From NCBI RefSeq assembly GCF_009834535.1, contig NC_045697.1:54314001-54378000 (forward strand): DNA of 64,000 nucleotides. Direction: 5' to 3'. The position numbers were made by a program, and so were the translations under genes. The notes beneath the pieces were generated by a model. That model did not search any database, had not been told where the DNA came from, and saw only the letters and a program-made list of their open reading frames with translations. The stretch comes from Camelus ferus. Its lineage: Eukaryota. Below, piece by piece: positions 13,822 to 25,584 of the stretch (the stretch's first letter is position 1; each line of letters starts with the position of its first letter).

Positions 13822-16800
13822 GTAAGTATAATTTTTTAACACACTATTTCATTTCAGTATATCCCTTTACCAGTTCTAATTCATGTTTTAATTGAATGAG
13901 AAAATGACTTTTTTCTTTGAATTAAACTTTATGAAAGCAACTTACTATAAACCTAGATATAATATACAGCTCTCTAATATAAAACATTCTAAAGTTTAAA
14001 GAATCATTTAGCATTCAAATAGGAAGTTTAATTTGCTAAAAATTCTTTATTATTTTTCCTCTGATCACGGGGATGTTGTCAGATGTTCAGTATGTAGGTA
14101 TGTTGTAAGAGTGTTAAATAGCTGCTCAAGGTCAGAGGACAATTTAATTAAGGATCCACCTCACTCAGAACAGAGCATGCAATTGGAAGGTGTCTAGCAA
14201 ATACTTATGAAATAAAGAAAGAAATTAGAATATTTTAAAATACCCCAATCTCCTCTCTGAAAATCCTCTCTACTTCTGCCTGGAATGGAATCTATTTCCA
14301 TTGTTTTGCATTCCTATTGCTGTCAAAATTGGCCCAAGCCAACATTCATTTCTTGCATGAACTACTGCACTAGCCTCCATGCTACTTGCCTATGCTTTGT
14401 TGGCCTTTTCCAATGTATTGTCCACATATTGATTAAGGAAATATTTTAAAATATAAATACAATCTGGCTTAAAAGCCTCCCATGCTTCCCAAAAAACAAA
14501 ACAAAAACAAAAACAAAGCAAAAATGCCACCTATAAGCAGAATGCCATGTTTCTTGGTTTGCCTAGGGCAGTTCTGGTTCACATCAATTGCCCTTTACCT
14601 GTCCTGGTTTGGACAATAAATAATATGGTCATCTCATCTAAAGTACTGTATAATCTGGCTCATATTTACCCCTCCAGCCATTTATTACATCATTCTCTTC
14701 TTCTTTCACAATTCTCTGGCGACACCTTCACTTTCTCCACCTGCCAAGATTCTTTCCTGCCTCAGGGCTTTTACATACATTGTTCCAGTTTCATATAACA
14801 CTCCCTAGATCACCCCTTTGCATCTGTCAAGTCTCATCTGAATCATTTCTTTCTAATGTAAGCCTTTTCTAACTTCCATTACTAATTTGTATACCTCTGT
14901 CATAGACTCCTCCATTTTCCTTCACAGCACTTACCACAATTGAAACTACAAAATTACTTCAGATTTTTATCATTTTCATTCTACTCTAAGTTTTCTAAAG
15001 GCAAGAACCAGTCTGCCTTGTTCATCCTTTTGTCCTTCTCCTTCCCAGTATTACCACATGATAGGTACTCCACTAATATTTATTATATAACTTTTAAAAA
15101 GGAATTACTTAATAGAATTTAAGGACACTCCTCCAACTGTGTCATGTACTGGTTGCCTAACAGACTATGATTGCTTCACAATAAGCACAAGATTAATGGA
15201 TTTTGTGGCTCCCACACTGAGCTGGTATTCAATTAGCATGTATCTATTACAGCTTTACAAGTTGTTAAAATTCTGAAATGCTTTCCTACCTGTTGGTAAA
15301 CAATCACTGCACCAGGCCCACAAAGTTGCATCCCCAGCTCCTCCAAATTCTCCCATCCCTACCCTGTACTCCCAGCTCCTCCCCCTACAACTACAGAGTT
15401 AATGCTTAGCACAGCAAGGACTTCCAAGACACCGTTCCAGCTCCATGGGTCCTTCCTGACTGGATGATGCTCATGTATTACAGTCTGTTTAATTCTTAAA
15501 AGAACCACGTATTATAGATCCTCTCATTGTGCCCACTCAAAAAAGACAGATAATTGCCCAGTGTCATACAGTCAGCATGAAGGGGAGTCAGTACTGAACT
15601 AAAGTCTCCTTTGTTCAAAGAATGAGAAGGAATGGTCAGCTCTTTTTATTCCATGTCTCTAAAAGGATGTTTTGGTTCCTTTAAGACTTACAAAGCAGAT
15701 GTGATACTCAAACACTGTGAAACTTCTGGCAGCAAGTAAGTTTGCATAAATTGATTTTAGAGGGCATGAAAACCTTTCTGAGAGGTTTAGATTTACCTTA
15801 TAGGAAATAAGAAGCTGATTTCTCATTAAAAGATTTCAAGCAGAGAAGGATATAATCTGGTATCTACATTTTTGGAAATGTCAGTCTGATAAAGCAGAGG
15901 TGGATGCATTGAAAAGTAAAAAGTGGAGGCAGGAAACCCAGTTTGAAGGTCATTATAATAGTATAGGTGTCAAATGATGAAAGCATGAACAAAAGTGGTA
16001 GCCAAAGGGATGGGAAGATGGGGCTAATTCAATGGATAGTTAGAAGCTAGAAGGTACAAAATTTAGAAACCAAGTAGATGTGGAAATGATGAGAAAGGAG
16101 GAGTTAAGAGGCCATTTCAGACTTCTAGCTATTGGTGGAAGTGATGTCATTTACTAAAGGAGGAAATAAAAGTAGCAAATTTGGGATAAAATTTGGCGAC
16201 ACTGAGTTTCAGATGGCTGTTGGACATGCAAAGAAAATTGTTCTTCCATAAGCTGATCTTAAACTTTAGTAGATGGACCTTTACTATCCAGTACTAACAT
16301 ATTTTCCTTTCTGTGTTCTCCCACCACTTCCCTACACACAACAATTGTATTCGCTCTCCTGACTTTACTGCTCCACAAACATCTTACACTTTCATGCATT
16401 TGTGCCCACTATGCCTTCCACATGGAATGCCTTTTCGCTTCTTGTCTGCCTGAAAAATTCCTCTTAGGTCTTCAAAATACAGCTTAAATGTTATTTTCAC
16501 TGTGATAACTTCTGTGAATAAGATAGCATTAGTGACCCTCTCTCTTCTCCTCTCTACTTTGCACTTAAATTTATTTGAATGATTCCTATATTAATTTCTA
16601 TCTGTAGAGTATGTAAGGGCAGACCCCTCGTATTTTGCTCACTGTTATACCTACAGTACTATGAATAATACCAGTAGAATAATACAGATACAGCTATGTG
16701 GACATACATACATAGTAAAATAAGTGAAAAGTTATCTTATAGCATTTATTACATCGTATCTCAATGACTTTGCTTATATTTCTGCTTTTCCAAGTAAACT

Positions 16801-16828
16801 GAGAGACTTGAAAGCATGGATAGCTTTT

Positions 16829-16887
16829 TTTTTTTTAACTTTTTTTATTGAGTTATAGTCATTTTACAATGTTGTGTCAAATTCCAG
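16829..16887 (-). mobile_element. About 60-bp antisense L1 3' tail, same family as the young L1 at 57480-60813
   Basis: Its reverse complement ctggaatttgacacaacattgtaaaatgactataactcaataaaaaaagttaaaa nearly matches 60757-60813. Flanks TGGATAGCTTTT / TGGAGGGCTTTT form a decayed TSD. Confidence 0.85.
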
Positions 16888-17156
16888 TGGAGGGCTTTTC
16901 AGTAACTTTAAAGTATCTTTTAAGAGTTTGATGAGAAATGAAAGCATAAACTTCAACCTCCGTAACAATAAATTGGAGGAAGATTATAAACACTTATTTC
17001 TAGGGCTTATGACTTAGAGATTCTTTCAGCAGGTCTGGGATAGAGCCTAGGAGTCTATATGGGACTACTGAGGACTACTCTTTAAGAAATTAAGATAAAA
17101 TGATACACAGTCCTTTTTGTTTTGATCGTACTCCTTTTTTTTTTTTAAAACAACAG

Positions 17157-17195
17157 CAATAACTGACCAGGATGCAGTAAACATTCTCACTCAAG
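17157..17195 (+). CDS. TMPRSS11D: TMPRSS11D coding exon 6 (39-nt linker exon)
   Basis: T12 tract then caacag| acceptor, |gtaagc donor; phase 1/1; (S)ITDQDAVNILTQ(E). Bridges exons 5 and 7 in frame. Confidence 0.92.
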
Positions 17196-18462
17196 GTAAG
17201 CTTTTAAATTACTTTGTAGATATGGTTTACGAAGATAAAAAGATTAAATGTTCAGATGATTTGTACTCTTTGCCAAGGCAGTGTCTATCACAGTGGTATC
17301 TTTATTGTTAGTTCACTCATGTGGGTTCTTGTTGAGATTAAGACTTTGTTGATTCTGTTGGCCTAGGAATGATGTTTAGCTTTCGCCTCCTTTTAGAAGA
17401 AGGAAGTAGAAGTGCTATTCCACCCACACTGTATCAAGTTTGATCTCATTAAAGTTTTCTTGGCAGCTTTGGGAAATTTTTCCTGCCCTGGTTCTACGGT
17501 AGCATTTCAGTAGACTTGTAAGTTATGTTTAGTGGCACCATATATATGGTTTCTCCTAACCAGAATAGCTTGCTTTATTGTGGATTGGGTTAAGCATAAA
17601 GTATAATAAAAAATAACAAAAAAGCATTATCAGTTTTATATTTATTACATAAAGGAAAAGTCACTATTTTCCAGTGTCATTCTGCATACTCTCAGGCTGG
17701 GATAGCAGAAATATAATCTTTAGAAAACAGCAGTTTACCTCTCTGGCCAATAAAATGTAGTTATAAATTAGTTCAATATACATTGATAGCTGGCCTATCT
17801 CAGATACTTAAGTGATTTTGGAAGTTAATGCTTCCTCTATGGGTGTTTCCCAACTTCATTATATATTGAATTAATGCTTCTTTTTAATTAAAATGTGCTT
17901 AAATAATTTAATTGAGAATTTGGTTGAAGGATTCAGCAAAGGAACCTATATTCTTATTGGAAGTACATGTATATTCTTAATGAAGTCTAGTCCTCTATCT
18001 ATGAGATCTGTTAGAAAAAATGCCTTTGGATGGTTGTCTTTCTGAAGCAATGTCACTACTTTAGAGCTACTCCAGCAATAGAAATTATTGGTGGCAATTT
18101 ACCTCTAATTTCTTAGTAATGGACTAAACAAGAGGACACAAATCATGCAAATGGGAGTTGAGAGGAGTTGAGTGATCAGCCCACTCCCACCCATTTCAGC
18201 TCTGGCCATTGGAGTGTCATGGGCTCTCTTAAGATGTTTAAATAAACCTCATCTAGATCCTTAGAACCCCTGTCACCCTAGAGAATATTCTGTGGACCTA
18301 AAGAAACTCCTTTTCCAGGGCATATTTAGTAATAGAGTCAGTTATGGAGGTGGACTGGACCCTCCATAATGAACTACATTACCTCTACAGAGTATTCTTG
18401 ATGAGAGGATTTTTCCTCCAACTTCATTGTGCACATGAATCACTTGTTAAAATGCAGCTTCT

Positions 18463-18726
18463 AACAAGTTCTGAGAATCTAATGTACATCTTGGTGACTA
18501 TAGTTAGTAATACGGTGTTGTATACATGAAAGTTGCTGAGAGTAGATCTCAAGCATTCTCACCACATACCCACACACACAGAAGAGTTAACTATGTGAGG
18601 TGATAACTGTTAATTATCTTGATCTTGGTAATCATTCTACAATGTATATGTATGTCAAATCACCATATTGTATACTTTAAATATGTACAATTGTATTCGT
18701 CAATTATTCCATAAAAGTTGGAGAAT
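18463..18726 (+). mobile_element. L1MA-type 3' end (sense) inserted in a MER5A-like element
   Basis: 'gtgactatagttagtaatacggtgttgtatac..aaagttgctgagagtagatct..taactatgtgaggtgat'; decayed TSD AAAATGCAGCTTCT/AAAGTACAACTTTT. Confidence 0.8.
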
Positions 18727-18777
18727 AAAGTACAACTTTTGATTTGTTCCCTGATGTGGGTCTGAGTCAACATTTCT

Positions 18778-19381
18778 TTTGTTACTGTGGTATGACTGAC
18801 AAATAAAATTGTAAGATATTTAAAGTGTACAATGTCATGACTTGATACATGTATACATTATGAAAAGATTCACCTCATCCAGCTAATTAGCATGTCGGTC
18901 ACCTCCCATATTTATCACTGCCCTCCCTTTTTTTTGTGTGAGAACATTTAAGTTCTACTCTCTTGGCAAATTTCAATTATATATTTCAATTATATAATAC
19001 AGTGCCATCAACCATAGTCAATATGTTATACATCAGATTCGCAGACCTTATTCATCTCATAGCTGAGAGTTTACACCCTTTTACCAAACTCTCTACTTCC
19101 TCTGCTCCCTGGCAACTACTTTCTACTGTTTCTAGACATTCGACTCTTTTAAAAAAAATTCCACGTATAAATGATACCATGCAGTATTTGACTTTGTCTG
19201 GCTAATTCCCTTAGCATAATACCCTACAGGTTCATCCATGTTGTTGCAAGTGAGAGGAGTTTCTTCTATTTTAAGGCTGAATAACATTCCTGTGTGTATG
19301 TGTGTCTCTCTGTGTATGTACGTATACCACATTTTCTTGATTCATTCATCTACTGACAGACAGGTTGTTTCCAGAAAGAAC
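18778..19381 (-). mobile_element. L1MA-type 3' end (antisense) inserted in the same MER5A-like element
   Basis: Antisense L1 3'UTR and ORF2-end motifs ('ggttcatccatgttgttgcaa', 'ggctgaataacattcc'); exact TSD CAACATTTCT at 18768-18777 and 19382-19391. Confidence 0.85.
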
Positions 19382-19798
19382 CAACATTTCTAACAAGCTC
19401 CTAGGGGATGCCCATGCTGCAGGGCCACAGACCACACTTTGAGTAGCAAGGCTACTAAGAGATGGAAATTTCCCAGAGTACCTATGGCCTGAGCTGGTAC
19501 CTCCAGCACTGACCTATCTTAACCCCTACTCCTGAAGAATTCCAGAGAATTCTGAAGCTACTCCAGAATTTGAAACCTCCATGCCAATTAAGTTCAGAAA
19601 TGTTCTCTAAAGTGTAAGTCCACAGACAACAGTCACATAAGTACTCTAAAAATATAACACATTGATCAAGCACTTGGAAAGCCTAGCATGTCAAGGGAAA
19701 AAATACATAAAAGGCATAAATGATGGAGAAACTCTTACAACATCTCCCAAATATTAGAATCATATCTTCCCAGCTCATTAATTCCCTTTTCCCATTAG

Positions 19799-19976
19799 AA
19801 TGTGGGGCCCGTCCAGACCTAATAACATTGTCTGAGGAGAGAATCATAGGAGGCACTCAGGCTGAGGAAGGAGACTGGCCATGGCAAGTCAGTCTACAGT
19901 GGAATAATCTTCACCACTGCGGAGGTGTCTTGATCAGTAGCACGTGGATACTGACAGCAGCTCACTGCTTCAGAAG
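19799..19976 (+). CDS. TMPRSS11D: TMPRSS11D coding exon 7 (activation site R|IIGG, catalytic His)
   Basis: cccattag| acceptor and |gtaagg donor; 178 nt, phase 1/2; [58 protein letters not shown]. Confidence 0.97.
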
Positions 19977-22199
19977 GTAAGGCCACAGTTAACCTACCCA
20001 TCTGGGAACAACCAGGTGAGACACATACATGAGGGCTCTACCCACACCCCAGAACTGAATATGTTCAAATTGATTCAGAAATAATATAATACAAGAAAAA
20101 TAATAAATCTTACCTTCCTATTCATGATAGAAATTATATTCTCCTTCAGCTTGCTAATTTGTATTCCTATTTCTGTTTTAGGTAATGGTATATCATCATG
20201 GTAAAGAACAAAGATTTATATGTCAGAATGTTTAATCCAAAGCCTAGCTTAGGAAATCTACTGAATCTCTATAACCCTTTTTTGTTCTTCAAATTAGGGG
20301 CAAATTAGGGACATACTATTATCTATGTCTTACTGTTACTGATACGATTAAATACATTAATATAAACATGTTAAATATAAGCAAACTATATTGTTGCAGA
20401 AAATTTGCTCATTTTGTCATGTAAACTAATCAGCAGGCTGATGGCTGATCTCAGATTGCCCTATGGCATCAATTTATTCTTTCAACTTCTAAAAAAATTG
20501 AGTATCTACTATGAGCAAGATCTGAACAATCAAGTCAATCAAAACTTATTCCTCAAAGCTTGAACCCTGAGCTCTCCTCAGATTGCGTTATTTTCTTCTC
20601 CTGGACTCTGCTTACATTTCTGCACTGAAGAGCATTTGCTCAATCTGCTCCTTCTCTCTAAAATATCTCTACCAAATCTTTTATGGGAATTCTGTAAAAT
20701 CTTTACTATTTCTAAGAAGTCCTTTGCAGAACTGAAAGTACTGCCTCATAATAGCATGCCTGTTACAAAATTGTTAAATTAAGAGGAAGTAAAGGTTGAC
20801 TAGTGCACAATTTCTGAACAAAAGTTTTAGGAAACCCCAAATTATTCTGAATTTTTCTTATGGTTATCTTATAACTTCATATTTTTTACACAGTGAATAA
20901 ACCTGAAATTTCTGATATTGGAAACTTCTGCTATCAGAGCTATCAAATTCTGATTTAGATGGTCATACTTATTGCTGTGTCCCAGATAACACAAGAAAGG
21001 AAATTAATAGGAACATATCAATCTTCATTGCCACCTGAAAGGCCAAAGAACAGGAATGGCACCAATTGATTTCAATCACCGCTGAATGTGGAAACCACAA
21101 ATTCAAATACCTGGTCTTAGCAAGAGCTTAGCATAATCAAGGATGTAATAGAAACAGCATTCTAAGCCCTATTCAGATCCAACCACCAAAGTTATAATGA
21201 AAGATGCAGCTATAAATATCCTCAATGGTAACCAAAGGAATCCATGATTTTAAAGACTTGGAATATCTTTAAATTTTGCTTCCTCCAATTCTTCTGTTCA
21301 TTACCATGATTGATCCATGACAGCTGACAAACTACATGACTGCTGTATTGGCACCCTCCCTACAGACCTGATCATCAGAGAACCCACTTAATGAGACTGT
21401 CTGGGGCATGGCCAGACTTACGTCAAGGTACACAGAAGTGACGAGGCCCTCAGAGAGGATTCTTGAATTGTCACCTCCTCTATGAAGTATTCCCTGATGT
21501 TATTCCTTCCCTCCCCTATGTTATTCCTACAGAAATTTGCTTATCTATCTTTAACAGTAGTCCCTGGGATTTCTGCCCCTCTGCCAGTCTTCTCCACTAG
21601 TGTGTAGAACTGCTCAAGGGCAGAGACCATATTTATAGTTTTACTCCCAGACACTCATACTATTCCTTATACAAAGCACTTAGTTGAACTTGTTGAACTA
21701 TAATTAATGACAACAATAGTTACCTTCATTGAGTACTTACCCCTGTGCCAAATACTGTGCTTGGCATACCTTACTTGTCTCAATTAATACTTACCCTCAT
21801 GTGAGAGGGTATCAATCAGTCACATTTCATGCATAAATAAACCGAGAATTAGAGATATTAAGTAACTTGCCCTAAATAACACTGCCAATAGCAACTAGTT
21901 TCAAAACTAAGCTCTTACTCATTTGTTGAAAGAAAGGAAAGGAAAGGAAGGGAGGGAGGCAGGCAGGGAAGGTAGAGGAGTGTCTTTTAGAATCTTCACT
22001 CTAAATTTGCACTTCTGAGCAAAAGAAGCATAAAAAGAAGTTTAATGTAAAAAACTCATCTATTTGCTTGTTGTCAAATATTTTTTCTTTAGAATCTTTA
22101 ACTAGCATTCACTCTTTTGCAAGGTACTGTACCTCATAAAATTATCTCCTGAATACAATCTATACATCAGTCTGTAAAAGACCTTTCTCATTTTATTTT

Positions 22200-23400
22200 T
22201 TTTCTCCTGCCATACTGTTATTCCACTTCCACTGCCTTCCCTGCCCCTAAAAGCCTCACATTAATATTTGACATATGTCTTTAAACATTCAATTACCTGC
22301 AAACCTATAGTTTGTGTGTCTGTATGCCTTTAATTCATATAAGCAGCATAGTGTATAAATCTCACATTGTTCCTTATTGTTTTTGCTCAACGCTAGGAAT
22401 TTTGATATGGTCCACCATTGCATCCACCATATCCTTTCACCAACTAGGTTGCTCCAAGTTCCCACTGCCACAAAGAGCAGCACACATACAATGTCTCTCA
22501 CATATATACCCCTTCATATGTGCCTGTCTATAAACTTTTAAGAATTCTCTGATATATGTACCCAGAAATACACATGTAGTCTGTTAAATACACTAGAATG
22601 CTTTCCAGAAGCTTACAACTTCACATGTAATGCAAAAGAATTTGAACTTCTCTTCCCTACCAACAATATTATCTTCTTTTAAAATTTCTGTCATTCTTAT
22701 GAATATGTTAGATGCTCATTATTGTTATAATTTCCATTTCTCCACTTACTAGTGAGTTTGAGTATCTTTTCATGTATCTACTAGCTATTTGGGCTTCTCC
22801 TTCCATGAAATGCCTATTAATATTTTTTCCCATTTTATAATGGTTTTTCTCTCCATTTATTGCCAGTTTACAGACTTCTGTATATTCTACAAAAATTTTA
22901 GATATTAAACATTGCAAGTATTTTCTCATGGTTTCTCATTCATCTGGTAAATATGTCTGTGAAACACTTAATTTTGTTTTTGTTTTTATGTATTTTAATT
23001 GATTTTCTTTTTTATGTTACATACTTTTTCACTGAAGTATAGTTGATGTATAATATTATATAAGTTACAGGTGTACAGTATAGTAATTCACAATTTTTAA
23101 AGGTTATATTACATTTCTAGTTATTATAAAATATTGGCTTTATTCCCTGTGTTATATGTATCTGTGTAGCTTATTTATTTTATACATAATACATAATACA
23201 TACTAGTTTGTTGCTCCTAACCTCCTATCCCTCAGTTCCCCTTCCCTCCTTCCCTCTCTCTACTGATAACCCCTAGTTTGTTCTCTATATATGGTACACT
23301 TAATTTTGATTTCATGAAATTCACCCATTCTTAACCATATGATTGGTGTTTTGGGAGTTTGGCTAAAAAATCTCAATTCCTAGGTCACAAAGATAATGCC
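22200..23400 (-). mobile_element. Old antisense L1 with a nested younger L1 3' end (about 23025-23295)
   Basis: Minus-strand ORF 22708..22929 resembles the ORF2 C-terminus (NRHFMEGEAQIASRYMKRYSNSLVSGEMEI); nested 'ctgaagtatagttgatgtataatattatataagttacaggtgtacag'. Confidence 0.7.
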
Positions 23401-23451
23401 CCACTTTTTTTTTATATATACTGGTGCACTCACTCTCTCTGTGTATTCATA

Positions 23452-23458
<7 letters not shown>

Positions 23459-23508
<50 letters not shown>
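23459..23508. repeat. (AC)25 microsatellite in TMPRSS11D intron 7
   Basis: Perfect AC run read directly. Confidence 0.95.
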
Positions 23509-23509
<1 letters not shown>

Positions 23510-24031
23510 AAAATCTTCAACAAGCATCACATTTAGTACAGAAAAAACATTCATCCATTAAAAAGGGACTAGGAGCTTCTTATCATCACTACCATTTAAA
23601 TGGAGCTTCTGGCTAAAGGAAAGGAAAAAATTAAGTTGGAAGGAATAAGTTAAAACTAAAGAGAACATTCTTTCAGACTTTTTATTAGTTCCTTGAACAG
23701 AAGGAGGCAAAAAAGAGAGAACTCAAAGAAAAAGTTCGTATTATACGAGTTATCATCGAACTATCAGCATATCCTCATTGGAATAGAAAAATACCAGGAT
23801 GTTCATCACCCCAAGATATGTTTTATGAAATATTTCTGTCTCTTTAGACAAATTATCACTTAATTTGCCAGTAAAGAGTAGCAGAAATAGATCACAAAGA
23901 AATGTTGATCAAATAGTTCCTAGATGGTTGGGGGGAGGAGACGGGAGGGGGGCAGTGACAAACACAAAATTCAAATACTTGAAATTTGCACAAGTTCTTT
24001 ATTCAAATAGCATGTTTTCCTATTTTTTTAG

Positions 24032-24291
24032 CTACTCTGATCCTCGACGATGGACTGCCACCTTTGGTATCTCCACAACATCTCCTAAACAGAGAATAGG
24101 AGTAAGAACTATTTTAATCCATAACAATTATGAACCTGACACTCATGAAAATGATATTGCACTTGTACGACTTGATAGAGAAGTCACCTTTGACAAAAAT
24201 ATCCATACAGTGTGTCTCCCAGTGGCTAACCAGAATATTCCACCTGGATCTACTGCTTATGTAACAGGATGGGGATCTCGAAAGTATAGTG
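24032..24291 (+). CDS. TMPRSS11D: TMPRSS11D coding exon 8 (catalytic Asp)
   Basis: ttttttag| acceptor and |gtaagt donor; 260 nt, phase 2/1; YSDPRRWTATFGISTTSPK...HENDIALVRL...VCLP...AYVTGWGSRKYS. Confidence 0.97.
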
Positions 24292-25441
24292 GTAAGTATC
24301 ACAGGAAAACTTAAACAAAAAAATAGCAATATCTCCTGGTACTTGCTATTACGTATTTGTTTTAATTAAGGAACACCTAAAGGGCAGGTTGTATGGAAAG
24401 AACCATCTTATAGTCTGGTCATCCTGTGCTCTAATTAGAGCTTCCTCAACAAAGCAAAGCAATGTCCCTAGAAACTACAGGAATTCTCAAACATAGTAAT
24501 AGGGAAATGTAGAAAAAAGTTTTAAAGAAACATGAGCTCTCCAATGATCCAGAGACTTTATAGGACCCAAATGGCTCCCCTATAAAGAAAAATTTAAATT
24601 TTTAAAAGGGGATTTGGATAGGTATTCTCTAAGGGTTTTAACATCCTTTAAGGTATTAACAGTCATTTAAGGTATTCTGAGACGAAATAAATCCTGCCTT
24701 TAGAGCAAGAAACTCTGTGTGTACATAACTATTGTTTATTAAGTGAATTATTTATTAAGTGAATAAAATAAAAATGAAAGTGAAAGTGATATGAAAGAGC
24801 AAATATGGCCAAGGGGAGAATAAGAGTATCAGCTAAGGAGTAGAAGGATAGTATTAAGAATTTTCACAGGCTTCTACCTATGTTGTAGATTGTCTCCCCA
24901 AGGAAAAAAACAAAGGCTTAACTGTCCTAGAAAATATTTCATCGTGTATTTATGGCCCAAAGTAATTAGGTGTAGTAGATAAAATATGTGCCAATCACAA
25001 AAATGGCAATGCCATTTTGAAGGAACATCAGTATAAAGTAAATTCAATTCTTTAGCCTTAAAATCAGACTGGTTTCTCTTTTATTAGTAGATTAAAGATC
25101 ACTTAATATATAATTTTCTAATTCAAAATCAGTGGATATTTCAATTCCTACTAGTCAACTTTAAGAAAGCATATTTTCCCCTCTTTTAAGGTCTATGGGG
25201 CACTGCATCATAAAGCTAAAGCAAAACAAAACAAAACAAAACACACCAATCTGTGCAAAGTGGTTATCCTTCTCTACTATGGAAATCTTTGTTGAGAAGA
25301 AACTCCTAGTACATCTTCAATAGCCTTCTTTGCTGGAAAGAGATAATGTTTGGAGTACAATTCTTCCTCCCCCCACTCACTATACAGTCATTAATTTATA
25401 TATCCTAAAGTCCATTTTCTTTCTGGTTTTATACTTAACAG

Positions 25442-25584
25442 GCCCTACAGTTGCACATCTAGAGCAAGCACGGGTCAATATAATAAGTCATAATGTATGT
25501 AATGCACCAACTAGTTACAATGGAGCCGTCTTGTCTGGAATGCTATGTGCTGGAGTATCTCAAGGTGGAGTGGACGCATGCCAG
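25442..25584 (+). CDS. TMPRSS11D: TMPRSS11D coding exon 9 (S1-pocket Asp, trypsin-like specificity)
   Basis: ttaacag| acceptor and |gtaagt donor; 143 nt, phase 1/0; (G)PTVAHLEQARVNIISHNVCNAPTSYNGAVLSGMLCAGVSQGGVDACQ. Confidence 0.97.

Noticed and set aside
23865..24031. N-terminal extension of the exon-8 ORF
   Set aside because: Intronic read-through from a TTG start; protease homology begins at the AG acceptor at 24030-24031.
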